From Antedon mediterranea (taxonomy: Eukaryota > Animalia > Echinodermata), in the NCBI RefSeq assembly GCF_964355755.1, contig NC_092675.1:5327812-5391811 (forward strand): 64,000 nucleotides of DNA, read 5' to 3'. Made by a program: the position numbers and the translations under genes. Positions 49,201-62,039 of this stretch are shown in pieces; within the stretch, counting starts at the first letter, position 1, and each line of letters starts with the position of its first letter. The notes under the pieces are model-generated. The model did no database searches. It saw nothing but the letters and a program-made list of their open reading frames with translations, and was not told where the DNA came from.

Positions 49201-52200
49201 TTATACAAACTCTGCACCATGCTCAAATTTATTATTGATCGAAATGTCGAGAAACTCAACAGTTCATTTCAGTATAACTATATATGCGGTGTACCGCAAA
49301 CTTTGTATCAACATTTGATTTCGCTATTGCTAATCTCCAAACAACAAATTTATTTAACAATACAGTGAATTTTATTTGATGTCAGCACGCCCAAATCATG
49401 AATTGATGCATGACATACGACATGTCCATCACATCAAAAAAGCACATTAATTTTATAGTAGTACTGTATAGTAAACTTTATTAAAAAGATCCCAAACAAA
49501 AAGTGATTTGCATTGCATTGATAAAAACTCAGATAATATCTCTTTATTAATTTAATAAACTTATTTATAGACAACATTTCAGAATAACACTTTTAGAATA
49601 GAGAAATTAGCAAACAATAAATCCAAAAAATTCATGGACTATACCATTTGTGGAAAGGGCATTCAATGAAAACTTCTACTTTTCGAGTTATATCTCGCTC
49701 TTCGAGGAGAAAGGGCTATTGATGGTTTATCCGGGTAAGCTAGGCACGAAATAGACTAGCAAACAATAAATCAAAAAAGGGAGATTCCATTATTCATATT
49801 TGATCTGTATTTGCAATTATATGAAATATTTGATGTCGTCATATTTGGTTGCAGAAGATAGGCTGACTAATCCTCAAAGATGATTCCAAATCATGTGCTT
49901 ATGACAAGTCAGTTAGACAAGTCAGTCGCTATAGGTTCAAGGCGCTGCACTCTACGCATATGTGCTGTTACAACTTATCAGTTAACAGGTGCAATTTGAT
50001 CACTTTAAATTATTAGACAACCTAGTTCAGTGACCTTGTGTTGCATGACACCGTAAAGATCTCTATGACACGCAACCGAACCTAGCCAAGCATAAATCCT
50101 TGTACGCAGCCATACAGATTAATTTAACCTCTTATCACGTAATCTTTACTATTGTGTTAATTCTATATATATAAACAAAACTATTAGGATAAGCTGAAGA
50201 CATCCATTAAACAACAAATAAATCCAAGTTTAAACATCAACCAATGTTTATAAGTTCTTTGGTACATCTCCAACTGAATGTTTACAAAAAGGAAATAAAA
50301 TTGACAATGTCTCAGTTGTTGCACTACAATACCGAGAATGTTTGGCAAGAGATGAGTCGAATTTAAGTAGCACAGTCTAAGGTGAAGTCATCACAAGGGA
50401 ATATACTGCCAGGGTGTAAGTTAACAATGTCTTAATGTTTAAAATGTAATTCCATATTAATAAAAACTCCAATTTTGAAAAGATGGGCAAATAGTTGGCA
50501 AAATGCCATATGAACAACCAAACTGCTATCTTATTCATTTCCTGAATGTTATACTTTCCAATTCCTGGTCTCCCTTGTTAATAAATGTGTCTAGAGTACA
50601 ACAATGGTTTTAATAACTTAGCGTGTTAACATACCTTGAAATAGTCTATTATTTGAGGGCTTTGTTTTTAATAACCTAATAAACAAAATCTGTAGGCCAC
50701 TTCACTTTAATTTTCTATATATAGTACCTGTGTTACATGCACTATTTTCATCAGAAAGATGGCCTTCTATTTATTCACTCTTAATAGCAACTATTAATAT
50801 AGTGCTAACTACCATGAAGCAACAGAGAGAAATTAAGTGCATCTTACACCAATTTTCTGGTAATTGTGATAGTTGATGCAACTACCTCAATTTCAGAATT
50901 TGAAATTGTTTTAGAAGAACTGGGAATTTATCAGAATTGTGGTTGGTTTGTAAGCATTTGTAGAAGTTGTTCACTCTTCATTGATTTGTTTTTATTTTGG
51001 TTTTAAATCATGATGTGCCACAATACACAAATCAACAGTGGTGTTAATAGTATAAGTGCCGCATACCTGGATAAACCGACATTAGCCTCGCTCTTCGAAG
51101 AGCGGAATACTTAAATAAGAACATTTGTATACATTAAAATATCACACCCCTGTCGGATAATGGTATAGTTCGTATTTATTTACCTGACATCCCTGCAATG
51201 CCACTTTCTGAATCTTTACTTCTGGAAGGTGAGTTTGGAATCGCCATTGGAAGACTATGGGCTGCACAAATAAAAATCACATTTACATAAATTTATATAT
51301 AGATTTGAAAAAATCCATTTAAAATTGGAACAAAGAAAACTTTAGCTAATTATTGTGGCTATATTTAGTAAATGATTAGTTTCCTATCTGTGTAAATCCT
51401 GGTAAATGTTGTTCAACTGTATATTATATTACTCTTTCTCACAGTTATTTTCGGCATACACTGTAGACAGTATAAACCTACTTTAAAGCCTTACTTACTA
51501 CCAAACATTTTATTTACAATGTTCATAATGTATTATATTACATAGCCTATGTAAATACGTAAACGTGATTGGTTGAAACTGCATCACATGACTACCGCTG
51601 CGAGGATCGTAAATCGTATCCTCGAGAACTCGAGAACGATGATATTGATTGAGTAATTTTCGTGTGACAATGCTCGCGATTGCCGATAGATAAACAAAAG
51701 TCATCCACTGGGTCTTGAACTCGCGATGCAATTGTCACTCCATCACAAGACAATGCTTCATGCGCTGCGCTACGGAACTTGCTTGAAGAAATTAATCATC
51801 TAAACTATTTAAACTCTGCATATATAGCGCCCTCATTTGTTATTAGTCCTCCCTAGATGTGATGAAAGACCGTTTGTGATTGGTTAATACTCACAGTATA
51901 TTATATGTTTCTGGGTTTATCCCATTATGTATTATTATTATTTTAGTGTCTGCAGCAAGAACCTGTAATAGCTATGTAATTGTACTACTTTCTATGTATT
52001 TCATTAGTACTATACTACTAATACTGTCTACACTAACAAAATTCATGTGACAACAAATGTGTTGTGCTCATCATGATGATGTCATATCACTAGCATATTT
52101 GGGCATATTACTACCATATTTGGGCACATCACACATTTTTATTGTCAAACTAGTTTAATAGTGTAGACAGAGCTTAAGAGTAGTTCTTATGTTCAGACTA

Positions 52201-55200
52201 CTTAACTGTATGTAGCAAAAAATGTGATATGCTCATATATGGACATGATGATGTCATATCACTAGCATATTTGGGCATATTACTACCATATTTGGGCACA
52301 TCACACTTTTTTGTCAAACTAGTTTAATAGTGTAAACAGAGCTTAAGAGTAGTTCAGAGACTACTGAACTGTTTGCATTTCTTAGTATTTGCTAAGCAAA
52401 CCATTAAGCAGTTCAACGACCGTGGCGGGTATTATCAAATAATAAGTGATATGACACTATATCATCCAATCAAATTACAAGATTCTACTCTTTATTAAAG
52501 GCATTTAAAAAATAAATATTAAATGATAAGTTATAATCCACTTACCTACTGCACTTTGATTTTTGGTAGATGAATCTATAGTCTTTGGTGAGCTAAGATC
52601 CACCATTGATGAATTATGTTCAATACTATCCTGATCTCTGTTGATACAAAACATAATTCAATTAGTAAATAAGTATTTACTGTACTGTACCTCATTCTCA
52701 ATCATGTTAAATATTGCCTGATTTAAATACAACTGTGTAATTGGTACATAAGGGTGTGTGGTACAGTGTGTTGGACTACTGATCGTGAGATCGTGGTTCA
52801 GACACAACTCTCGCCGCATTGCTTGTATCCTTTAGGCAAGATACTTTGCTTATGTTTGCCTCGCTCCACCCAGGTGTATAAATGGCTACCCGGTTAGATC
52901 AAGACACAACTTTGAGCTGATTACTAGTTGCATTATGGGAGTATGTTTCCATACTTGTTTGATGCAAAAAATGACCAGGGCAATAATGTTCAGCGCTTAG
53001 AGGTTTCACAACATTAGGCGCTATATAAATAAATAAATAAAATCCAAAAAATAAATCCAGGATATTATTATTACAAGTATTCAAGGCATTGATTTGAGTT
53101 CAGTATTCTTGAAACATGTCACGGTATTTTAAGGCAGTTTGCCCGTTCATTAAATACTTTACTATTTTGATTTTAAATAAGTATTAATAAAAAAATTATT
53201 TTACAGTAGGTACACTTTTATATAATAGAACACAATTTGAAATGTTATATTTAATTGAGAAATTACATCTTGTTTGAAGCTGGAAACATTATTTAACATA
53301 ATATAAATTAACAGGCACAGAGTGATATACTGAATATTAATTAATTCATTTTGAAGCTATAAAGAATGATGACATCTGTGAGAATAAAGTATTCTAACCA
53401 TTAGACCAGTGGGGTTTTCATAGTATTGTTCAAATTTGATTTTGACAGCGACCCTTTGACATACTATAAACATTATCTGTGATTTGGAAATAAATGTCAG
53501 ATCAGGGTTTTCTTTGTCAAGTAGAATAGCGCACAGAATTGCGACAGAACAATCTAATGTATCATAATGTAATACACCCCACCTGTTTTGTCACATGTTA
53601 ATTCCTTATAGCCTTTTTATCATACTCAGTTTAGCTAATTAACATAACGTATGTTGCAATTGTATTATGTAAATAATGACATTATGAAAATGAATGCAAT
53701 GCCAAATAGAATTTTTTATTTACAATCCTGCCATATTCAAACAATATATTTTAGGGTGTGTGTGTGTGTGTCTGATCATGTGATTCTGTCATTATCTTAA
53801 TAGATATATTTAATTATTACAGTAGTAGTTATTAACTATATTAGTAATTTAGCTTTGGAGAAATGTTGACTTATCCACGCGTGACAGAGATAAAAATCAA
53901 TGCAAGTCAGCACTGTGATTCAAATTTATAACACAATCTCAGTCATGTGACGCTCTCTTGAAGGAATATTCTCTGTTTAACAAGGACAGGAACTGTACAC
54001 TGCATCACATGATATTTATTCAATTGTCTATTTAAAGGTCAGCTTTTAAAATGAGTGAATGACTGTAGTTGTTTCAGTAACAAGTGTTGCAATAAATTAA
54101 TTTTACCTACCACCCTAAACTTAATCTTAATGCAATTATGTTAATGTTTAGTAGTTGCATGTATAACTAAGTGCATCATTTATACTGAAGTACAGTATTA
54201 AACAAACAAAATATCTTTACTAACAAGCTAAAAAGAACTCAATGAAATTACTGTAAAAGTTCAATTACTATATCATACAAAATTCACAACTTTTAAAAAA
54301 AAAACAGTAAATTAAGAAACATTTGTTAATTACCTACCACCCTAAACTTAATCTTTATGAAATTATGTTAATGTTTAGTAGTTGCATGTATAACTAAGTG
54401 CATCATTTATACTGAAGTACAGTATTAAACAAACAAAATATCTTTACTAACAAGCTAAAAAGAACTCAATGAAATTACTGTAAAAGCTCATTTACTATAT
54501 CATACAAAATTCACAACTTTTTAAAAAAAAACAGTAAATTAAGAAACATTTGTTAATTATATTTCAGTAGGATTTATCCTATTTTTCTTCCATTCAAAAT
54601 TAAAATAAAATGTTTTTTTCGTGTCAGCCAATCCTAAGATTGATTGAATACAATACTGTATGTATTTGTATTTTATTCAATGCACAGTCAATAGCAACTA
54701 CAAAACCTTCACTAATAATAACAGACAGATTTACACTGGTACTGATTCAAATAACTGTCTCACAGAGACATCTGGTAGCCATTGACTTAAAGTTGGCATT
54801 TGGATGTGTTACTTTTAAATGTACAGTATCGGCCCGTTCGGACGGGGCTGAAACTACCGTGTACTTCCAACTGTGAGGTCGCGTGTAGCAATTAACTTAC
54901 GCCTCTGGCTATAAAAAATTAGAAAACCATCTGGACGAAAAATCCACCAACTTTACTGGTTATTTCAATCCCATTCCAATTACACGCTGCCTCGGGGTAT
55001 AATTAATCAAGCGTTAACGGGGTCATGTCAAATTGCGACCTCAAATAAGCTTTCTGATTGTTTAGCAATTATTGTTTAAAATGTTCTTTTTCGTTAATGC
55101 GAATGTATATCTATTGTTTTGTAAAATTATATATAAATAATCAACTCGTTGGTTTTTTTCCGGTGACCTGAACTTGCGAATCGGTGGCTTATAATGTACA

Positions 55201-58200
55201 TGTATGTATGTATGTATGTATTGTGGTAGCCTGGTGTCTGTGAATTACCACATCAACCGTTCGGCTCGCACGATAAGAGGGGTACAGTGCGTGTTAAATG
55301 GAATTTTTACAATAGTTCGGCTCGCACGATGAATACACGTGGTGATTTTTACAAGAGGGGTACAGTGCGTGTACATTAAATGGAATTTTCACAACAATAG
55401 TTCGGCTCGCACGATAAATACACGTGGTGATTTTTACAAGAGGGGTACAGTGCGTGTACATTAAATGGAATTTCCACAACAATAGTTCGGCTCGCACGAT
55501 AAATACACGTGGTCAACAAACAACATACGTTAGCAGGATTTTCGATCATTATTTATTTAAAAAGTAAATTGTATTCGATGTATTATAAATATATAGGTAA
55601 TACCGTCTGGTTGTCGATTGAAAAATAATAATTGAAGGATTCGCGCGCGAAACGACATGCAATATCCAGTTGAATGTGTCAACACGCCATGTCAATTGAT
55701 ATGGGTCGACGCACAGAGGGCGCTTTTTGACCTAAGAATTCCGATTTTAATTGGTTTCGTGTCAGCTTACCGGTACTTTGTTTATTCGTACGAACGTCGT
55801 ATGGGTTTTACCCCAAGGGTAAAAACCAAATAAACGTGTATTTCAATCGCCGTACGAACACGGTCTATGAGAGTGACTACTACCAAATTACACAGTCACA
55901 AAACAACTTATAAAACAGTTCATATATACAGTTAAAACATTGCTGGGAATTATACATTTCTGTTGAAGCAGGCTCCAATGAAGTTGCATCTAGTAAAGTT
56001 GACTTTGTTGTACAACTCTATCAAGTATTGATGGTATCTTCCGACCTCTTCGTTTACTTTGCGTTGTGTGAAAAGTAAGAATTTTTGTAGGATCTTCATT
56101 TACAGGTGGGATTTAAAGTATTCTAACTAATTAACAATTGTTAAACAATGCACTGGATCCATCGTGATAAGTCTAATTACATTCAGAGAAAATAGTTTAA
56201 TTTGCTTATCTAACACCAATTCACCATAGATGAAAAAGCATTATAAATTTGATATATTCTGATGCAGTAGTACTTTTCCTATTCAGCTTATCACAATAAG
56301 AAAGAAAGATTAGTATGCAAACAGATTTTAACATACGGTAAACTGAAGCCCTAACTAATCTAAAGCCTTGTCTACACTATCAAACTTTCATGTGACAAAA
56401 ACATGTGATTTGCCCATATATGGACATGATGATGTCATATCACTACCATATTTGGGAATATCACTACCATATTTGGGCACATCACACTGAAAATGGTCAT
56501 AGCATAATGATTTATTTATTTATGAAAAACTTTAAATTTATTTACTATTTTCACTTGCAGATTTATTTTTCATAAATAATGTTACTATTGTAAATAATAG
56601 AAGGACTTACAACTGTGAATCCTTGACTGATTTTAGAATGAATATTCTTGTGAGCATCAGTTGTGGTGGGTACCTGAGTGTATGAACTTTGAGCGTCGAG
56701 CCACGGTAAGAAATCGCAACAGAACCAAACATCATCTCTCCAAGCAACTTTACGTCAGATCCCGGTCTTTGAAACTGCAATAAAGTTAATTATTATTTTG
56801 TATGGATCTCTTATTTTTAAGTGTTATTTGTGATATGATAATTGATACTTTTGTATAGCGCCATTCAATGATAAATCCTTGCTCTAGGTGCTGTGGATTT
56901 AAATGTTAAACATTTTAACTAACACGCTTCTCCTCTACAGGTCATGTACATCAGTGCATCAAATTAAAGTTGTTTATTGGTCTATTAAAAAAGGCATGGG
57001 ATAGATAAGATTTTTAATTACTTTGAACTTTAATCTTTTAAGAGAATAATTGCAGGAGTGTTTATTTACCTGGTATTTTCCATTTTCCCCATTGTCCAAG
57101 CATGGATTGCTGGAATTACGTGGCAATGGGGTGCTGCATCTCCCCTTGGGGGAAGGAGCATAAAAATGTGAACGAATTGATGAGCAGTCATGCTTGCGTG
57201 CCTATAAACAGATACATTGAATGAAGTACAGTCAAATGAACATTTAAAATATATATACAGGTATATATGATTGCACAGCAACTAAGTCTAAACTAAAAGA
57301 TATAACCAGTAAATTGTTCAGCGATATTGATGAAATACCAAAATGCCCTAAACTGTGAGTTTGTGCAATTTTAGTCTTAATTATGCCACGCAAAATGAAT
57401 TTCCATTTTATGTGAACCAATCACATTTTGAAAAAATAAAATCTTGTACTGTAGATCCTATTGTTAGTTTTGTTTACCATGTTTGAGTAAACTGGTTATG
57501 TTTACTGCTTTGAATAATAGTGAGAGATCCCCTGAACTTTTTCAAAATACGTAAAATGTTTGATATAAACATGTAGATCACAAGTCGATAAAATAATCTA
57601 ATAGTCAGATAGAGAAATAGTTAAAACATGTGATATTCAGTCACTTGGTACAATGCCAATACAACTATACTACTATCACCATTGTAAACATTTGACAGAT
57701 AAGCATTCAGTCTCATTTAAATGTGATATAAAAGGTCAATAATGAACGGTCAAATGATTGGTCAATTGTGTATTTATAATTTTCATGAACAGCTGGACCT
57801 TTCTACAAGTCATGATGTACTATTTTAGTTATTTTTGATTTAACAGAGCCAAGTAAAATTAATTGGTTTTTTTAAGAAACATGAAAGCTCCTTTTGTTTT
57901 TTTTAAATTATGATTAATATTAATTTTTGGCAGTACATTCACATTGTTCTGTCTGTGCTATAATAAAATATATTATTTTCTTTTTAAGATATATCTCCAT
58001 AAAATACAACAGAATGCTAGTATTGGAGGATGCTATATTTATAAATGTCTAGTGTACAATTCAACAGTGTTACATAGCAACAGAGCATGTAATCTTAAAT
58101 TGGTGAAACTGTAAATAAAAAAATAATTACAAATTAGATTAATACTAATTACTTAAATACTTACACGAGGTTTTTCTTCTACTTTCTTAATGGACTTTGA

Positions 58201-60664
58201 ATCAAACAATAATTTCTTCCCTTTTGTGTCAGATTCTTGAAACACAAGGAGACGGATTTGTTTCGGATCGAAGTCAGGTGGTTTCCAACTGGAATATGAT
58301 GTACATAAGATTAGACTACTTTAGTCAGTAAATTGTATATTGTATAATTCAAAAGCCGATGTTAATGGGATGTTTATTCAATCAAAATCAACTAAGTCAT
58401 GGTATTAGACATTACATGCAATTCAAATTGATTGATTGGCATGAAAACCCCTTTATGATAATTAGGTTCTGTGTTGGATAGACATATTTGGACAGTAAAG
58501 CAATGGAACACTACACCCTACACCTGTACACAAACATTTCATGCACATTTGACAGAAATAAACATTATATGTCCATCCAATTATTAATCAATTAAATATA
58601 ATAAATGGTTACTATAGCATAATAAACATGCGCAGAGTCGAATAATGGACTCTGATGACAATCATAAAGCCTGCTATGCTGAGTGAGAGCCAATAACCAT
58701 GTGAACAAATGTTATACTCAACACAAAAATAATGGTTATTTGATTGACCGAAGTTGACCTTGAGTGAACTACAGCATTTTGGGTATTTGTTAATGTTTTT
58801 TTCATCAACGTCCAGCCACTGAATTAATTAAGAGCAGATATGCAAGTGACGTACATTTATTATTTTTCTTAAAAACTTATTTTCAAATAAAACGATTATT
58901 CAACAAAATAATCCCATAAATAAACTAACTAAGCCTAGGCCTAGAGAAATCAAATTCGGGATTCTGCTGTTATTAGTTAATATAAACGCCGTTGCTAAAG
59001 ATACGGTACCGTATCCATGCTTTTAAAAACTAAAGATACGGTAAATATAGAGGGCGCTTCCGTTTGCTAAAAGTACGGTAAAATTGCATTCCTAAAACTC
59101 GTACCTAAATATAAAACTCATTCCTAAATATAAAACTCGTTCCTAAATATTAAACTCCTTCCTAAATATTAAAAACCTAACACTCAAAATAATCTCTCTT
59201 AAATTAAAAACTAAAAAAAAAAATTTAAAAAAGACGTCAAGAAGAGTATCGAACCCCCAACCCCTTAACACGTTCACTGCCACGGCGTATTTATACGTCA
59301 AAAATTGCGTGTCGCTACTTGCCAAGACGTAATACTACGTCAAAATCGTAGCACTTTTGTATTGTATGTAGAATCACTGGCAGTGGTGATTGGAACAGGA
59401 ATTATCGCATGGCAGTTTATGAATGATGTACGTAAACGATAATCTAAAAATAAATGTCATATGTTTGTTTGTGTTTATTCCCTCATGCATTGAATATGGT
59501 TGATACGATGGCGCCCTCACACTCAATATAATCATCTCAAACATGTCATAAATTGCGCTAATAGTAAATAAAAATAATAAAGGATGAAATGATTCAGTGT
59601 GGTTTACTGTTTTTATATCTCGATGATAGGTTTGACCGATTTTAGCGCGGAAAATCCCCGACGTATATTTACGTTCCTGGCAAAGTCAATAAAATTGTTG
59701 GAACATTGCCAGTGACGTATTTATACGTCTCAACGGTTTTTCCCGCCATCGTATTTTGAATGACATCATGATAGTCTGTGACCAGATGTTACACTTTCAA
59801 ACTGTAATTTAATATGTAAACGGGACTTGGCACTGGGACAGAAATTACGGAAAATGCCTTGGCAGTCAATGTGTTAAGCCAAAGCCTCATCACATGCCCA
59901 CTAGGCTACACAGCTGGCTTGCAGAAAACCAATGCAATAACCTATTTGATTAACATCCACATTACATAGCGCCCTCTATAATTACCGTACCTTTAGTTTT
60001 TTAAAGTATGGATACGGTAGCGTATCTTTAGACATAACGTAATATAAAAGGCTACAATCATTGACATGAAGCTACATATGACATGTAGTATAACTCCCTG
60101 ATATAGCTACCTAAAGTATGTGAATTTAACCTGGCTAGGCCTAATTTGACATCGATTCAAATTAGAATAGAACTAGCCTAGCCTAAACTAGGGCCAGGCC
60201 TAACTAAAAAGGCCTAGGCCTAGGCCCTACCAGAGGGCCAGGCCTACCTCATCATATAATAATAATATTAATAAGAAAACATTGTTTCATCATGGAGATA
60301 TTATAGACCTATAGCTCCGTGGTTTTATTTTAAAATAATTGTACACTGTCGCAAGTATTGCCTGGTGACAATCTACCAGTTATTTATACATGTTATTGTC
60401 AAGTTAGGCCTATAATTGTCTCCAGGCTCTCTGTTTCGTCAACAAAACCCCCCAAAAAAGCGATTCTTTCGTTGACTTACCATTTGTACGAGGTCAAGCT
60501 TTCGGGAGACCTGTGTGGAAAAAGACAGCAATTTACAATAATATTTAGACTTAAAATGAAAGAAAAAAACAACTCACTACCAAATTGAATCAAGTGTATA
60601 CTTACTCTGCATTAAAACCACATTTTCTGTCTCTATGAAACATACGATGGAGTACTTTAGCCAT
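43216..60664 (-). CDS. FNIP1: Folliculin-interacting protein, FNIP1/2 type, about 1115 aa, 15 coding exons
   Basis: Exons 60664-60606 (MAKVLHRMF), 60510-60481, 58288-58165 ([20 protein letters not shown]...LLFDS), 57201-57070, 56774-56611 ([25 protein letters not shown]), 52637-52546, 51261-51184, 49110-48944 (TPFPSP...RRVLRSQT; GC donor), 48032-47826 ([12 protein letters not shown]), 47672-47500, 47205-47035 ([11 protein letters not shown]...[10 protein letters not shown]), 46804-45476 (DLYGSIGYP...LSYFIRCSE), 45113-44945 ([10 protein letters not shown]...PDFALQG), 43968-43780 ([11 protein letters not shown]), 43479-43216 ([16 protein letters not shown]). These are hallmark FNIP_N, FNIP_M and FNIP_C motifs. 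The symbol stands for the FNIP1/2 co-orthologue. Confidence 0.95.
43531..43600. repeat. About 20-bp minisatellite (AGTGAAGCACTCAGAAACTG) x3.5
   Basis: Direct tandem repeats in the last FNIP intron. Confidence 0.85.
44331..44906 (-). mobile_element. Non-autonomous Helentron/HINE-like rolling-circle element
   Basis: On the minus strand it starts TTATTACCTCCGCCAAGGAGGTTATGTTTT, has a (GT/GTTT)n microsatellite near the 5' end, and ends with the inverted sub-terminal GGCGGAGGT, a hairpin GTACTC-TCG-GAGTAC and CTAGTT in a T-rich site. Confidence 0.72.
48753..48918. mobile_element. GTCTACACTA-family MITE copy
   Basis: AAGCTCTGTCTACACTATCAAACTA...TAGTTTAATAGTGTAGAC; ends about 25 nt from the FNIP GC donor. 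Confidence 0.8.
52024..52345. mobile_element. Two tandem GTCTACACTA-family MITE copies (local duplication including flank AGCTTAAGAGTAGTTC)
   Basis: 52024-52176 and 52205-52345 share the variant CACTAGCATATTTGGG and the same right flank. Confidence 0.8.
52748..53072 (+). mobile_element. CORE-like tRNA SINE, copy 3
   Basis: Colinear with 21648-21930 and 37183-37495. Confidence 0.85.
54104..54558. repeat. Tandem duplication, 2 x about 227 bp
   Basis: TACCTACCACCCTAAACTTAATC...AAGAAACATTTGTTAATT occurs twice head-to-tail with a few substitutions. Confidence 0.95.
54831..55866. mobile_element. About 1-kb CpG-rich non-autonomous element with imperfect TIRs and an internal about 85-bp tandem repeat (55259-55513)
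   Basis: Left GTTCGGACGGGGCTGAAACTACCGT versus reverse complement of the right end GTTCGTACGGCGATTGAAATACACGT; internal GTTCGGCTCGCACGAT units x4 and a (TATG)n tract. Confidence 0.55.
56361..56488. mobile_element. GTCTACACTA-family MITE copy, right end missing
   Basis: Left TIR and internal units only. Confidence 0.75.
58990..60039. mobile_element. About 1.05-kb non-autonomous DNA transposon with about 70-bp TIRs
   Basis: CTAAAGATACGGTACCGTATCCATGCTTTTAAAAACTAAAGATACGGTAAATATAGAGGGCGCT is mirrored by AGCGCCCTCTATAATTACCGTACCTTTAGTTTTTAAAGTATGGATACGGTAGCGTATCTTTAG; internal 19-bp tandem units CCTAAATATAAAACTC at 59090-59180. Confidence 0.85.
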
Positions 60665-60730
60665 TGTTTCTAACGTGTTATACTACATACATATTGCATA
60701 TTGACAACCACTATTTTTCTCCAATGGCTA

Positions 60731-60839
60731 TCACATGATTCACTACAGAAAGGAATTTGTCATCATCGTCGACGACCACTGAATAAAACGCATAATCTCA
60801 TTGGTCACATTCTTACTAGACTCAGAATCAGTCATGTGA
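60731..60839. promoter_or_regulatory. FNIP proximal promoter with two MiT/TFE-type E-boxes (TCACATGA 60731, AGTCATGTGA 60830) and CCAAT boxes
   Basis: Motifs lie about 70 and 170 nt upstream of the ATG; CCAAT at 60721 and ATTGG at 60800; GC-box-like GGGCGG x2 at 60901-60917. Confidence 0.55.
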
Positions 60840-62039
60840 AAAACTCGTGAACTCCAGTCACCCTTTCATAAACTGGGTTTGTTTACTTTTACCTTCAATT
60901 GGGCGGTACGCGGGCGGTACGTACCAGAGCCATTGGTACGTTCTGTGATCTATTTTATATTATAATTTATATCAAGATTCGAAGTTTTTTCTTTGTCTAA
61001 TTATGTTGAATATTCCTAATTATTCCTATTCTAAACAAATCCCAAGAATGGAATAAATTTATGATTTTTTTAACCCGGTACTTAATTTATAAAATATTGG
61101 AATTTTCTATAATAAAAATAGTATGTGTTTCTGTGTAAAAAAATTAGTTGTTCTTCTGATTTATTACTTTTTAAAATGCTTCAAAATATAAAAATTGCAT
61201 AAACCAGGGAGTTGTATAAAACAACTCCCTATATTATTAACCAAATGGTTTGTTGTATGCCAATTTTTTACAACTCCCTGGTATTTATAAAAAAATGTTT
61301 TAAGTAAAAAAAAGCCCTTATTTCACGGCGCTTGTTATTCTTACCGCTGAAAAAAAAAAATTAAAGTGGGGTTATATGCAATTGCAAGGCTTTCATGAAT
61401 AATATATTGTAGATTTTAAACACGGAGAACCCTTTAACCACCTCTATGAGAGTACACCGTATTTATTCAAATAAGGGGTCCTGTAATTTATTTTTGGGGG
61501 GTATGAAATGGTAACATACCCAAGTAAATGGTATTATATAGTAATTTAATTTACATGGTGCTTGTTTTTTTTTTTTGGGTTTAATACAATAGGCCTACAC
61601 TAGCATAGTTTTAAAGTTTGTTTGTTTGTTTTTTTTTGTAGTATTTTGAATTTAGGCCAACCTTCTACTTCTCTTGATGATTGACGCAAAATGTTAAATT
61701 AAACATCAATAAATCAATTTATTTGGAAATTACACCATTACACAAAACTGACTTCCGAAAAAAATTAATAGGCTACAATATATTGACAAAATGATGTTAA
61801 ACGGCTTGTTAAAAAAGTAAGTATAAACTTGTCATATTGTAAAGAGACTGATGTATTTTTTTTCTATAATATACCTCTGTTTCGTACTAGGACTGTATTT
61901 TTATCCATAATTAATATATGATAATCATTTTATATGTCCTTTGCGTTTAGATCGAGAGAGTGCGCGGGCTTCTAATCTTTCGATGTTAAAAATAACTTGC
62001 TTGCTGCCCTCAATTTTTACAGACTGTTAATTAACTAGT

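Noticed and set aside
55259-55513. CRISPR-like repeat/spacer pattern
   Set aside because: The intervening sequences are near-identical to one another, the context is a eukaryotic intron, and no cas genes are present; it is a minisatellite.
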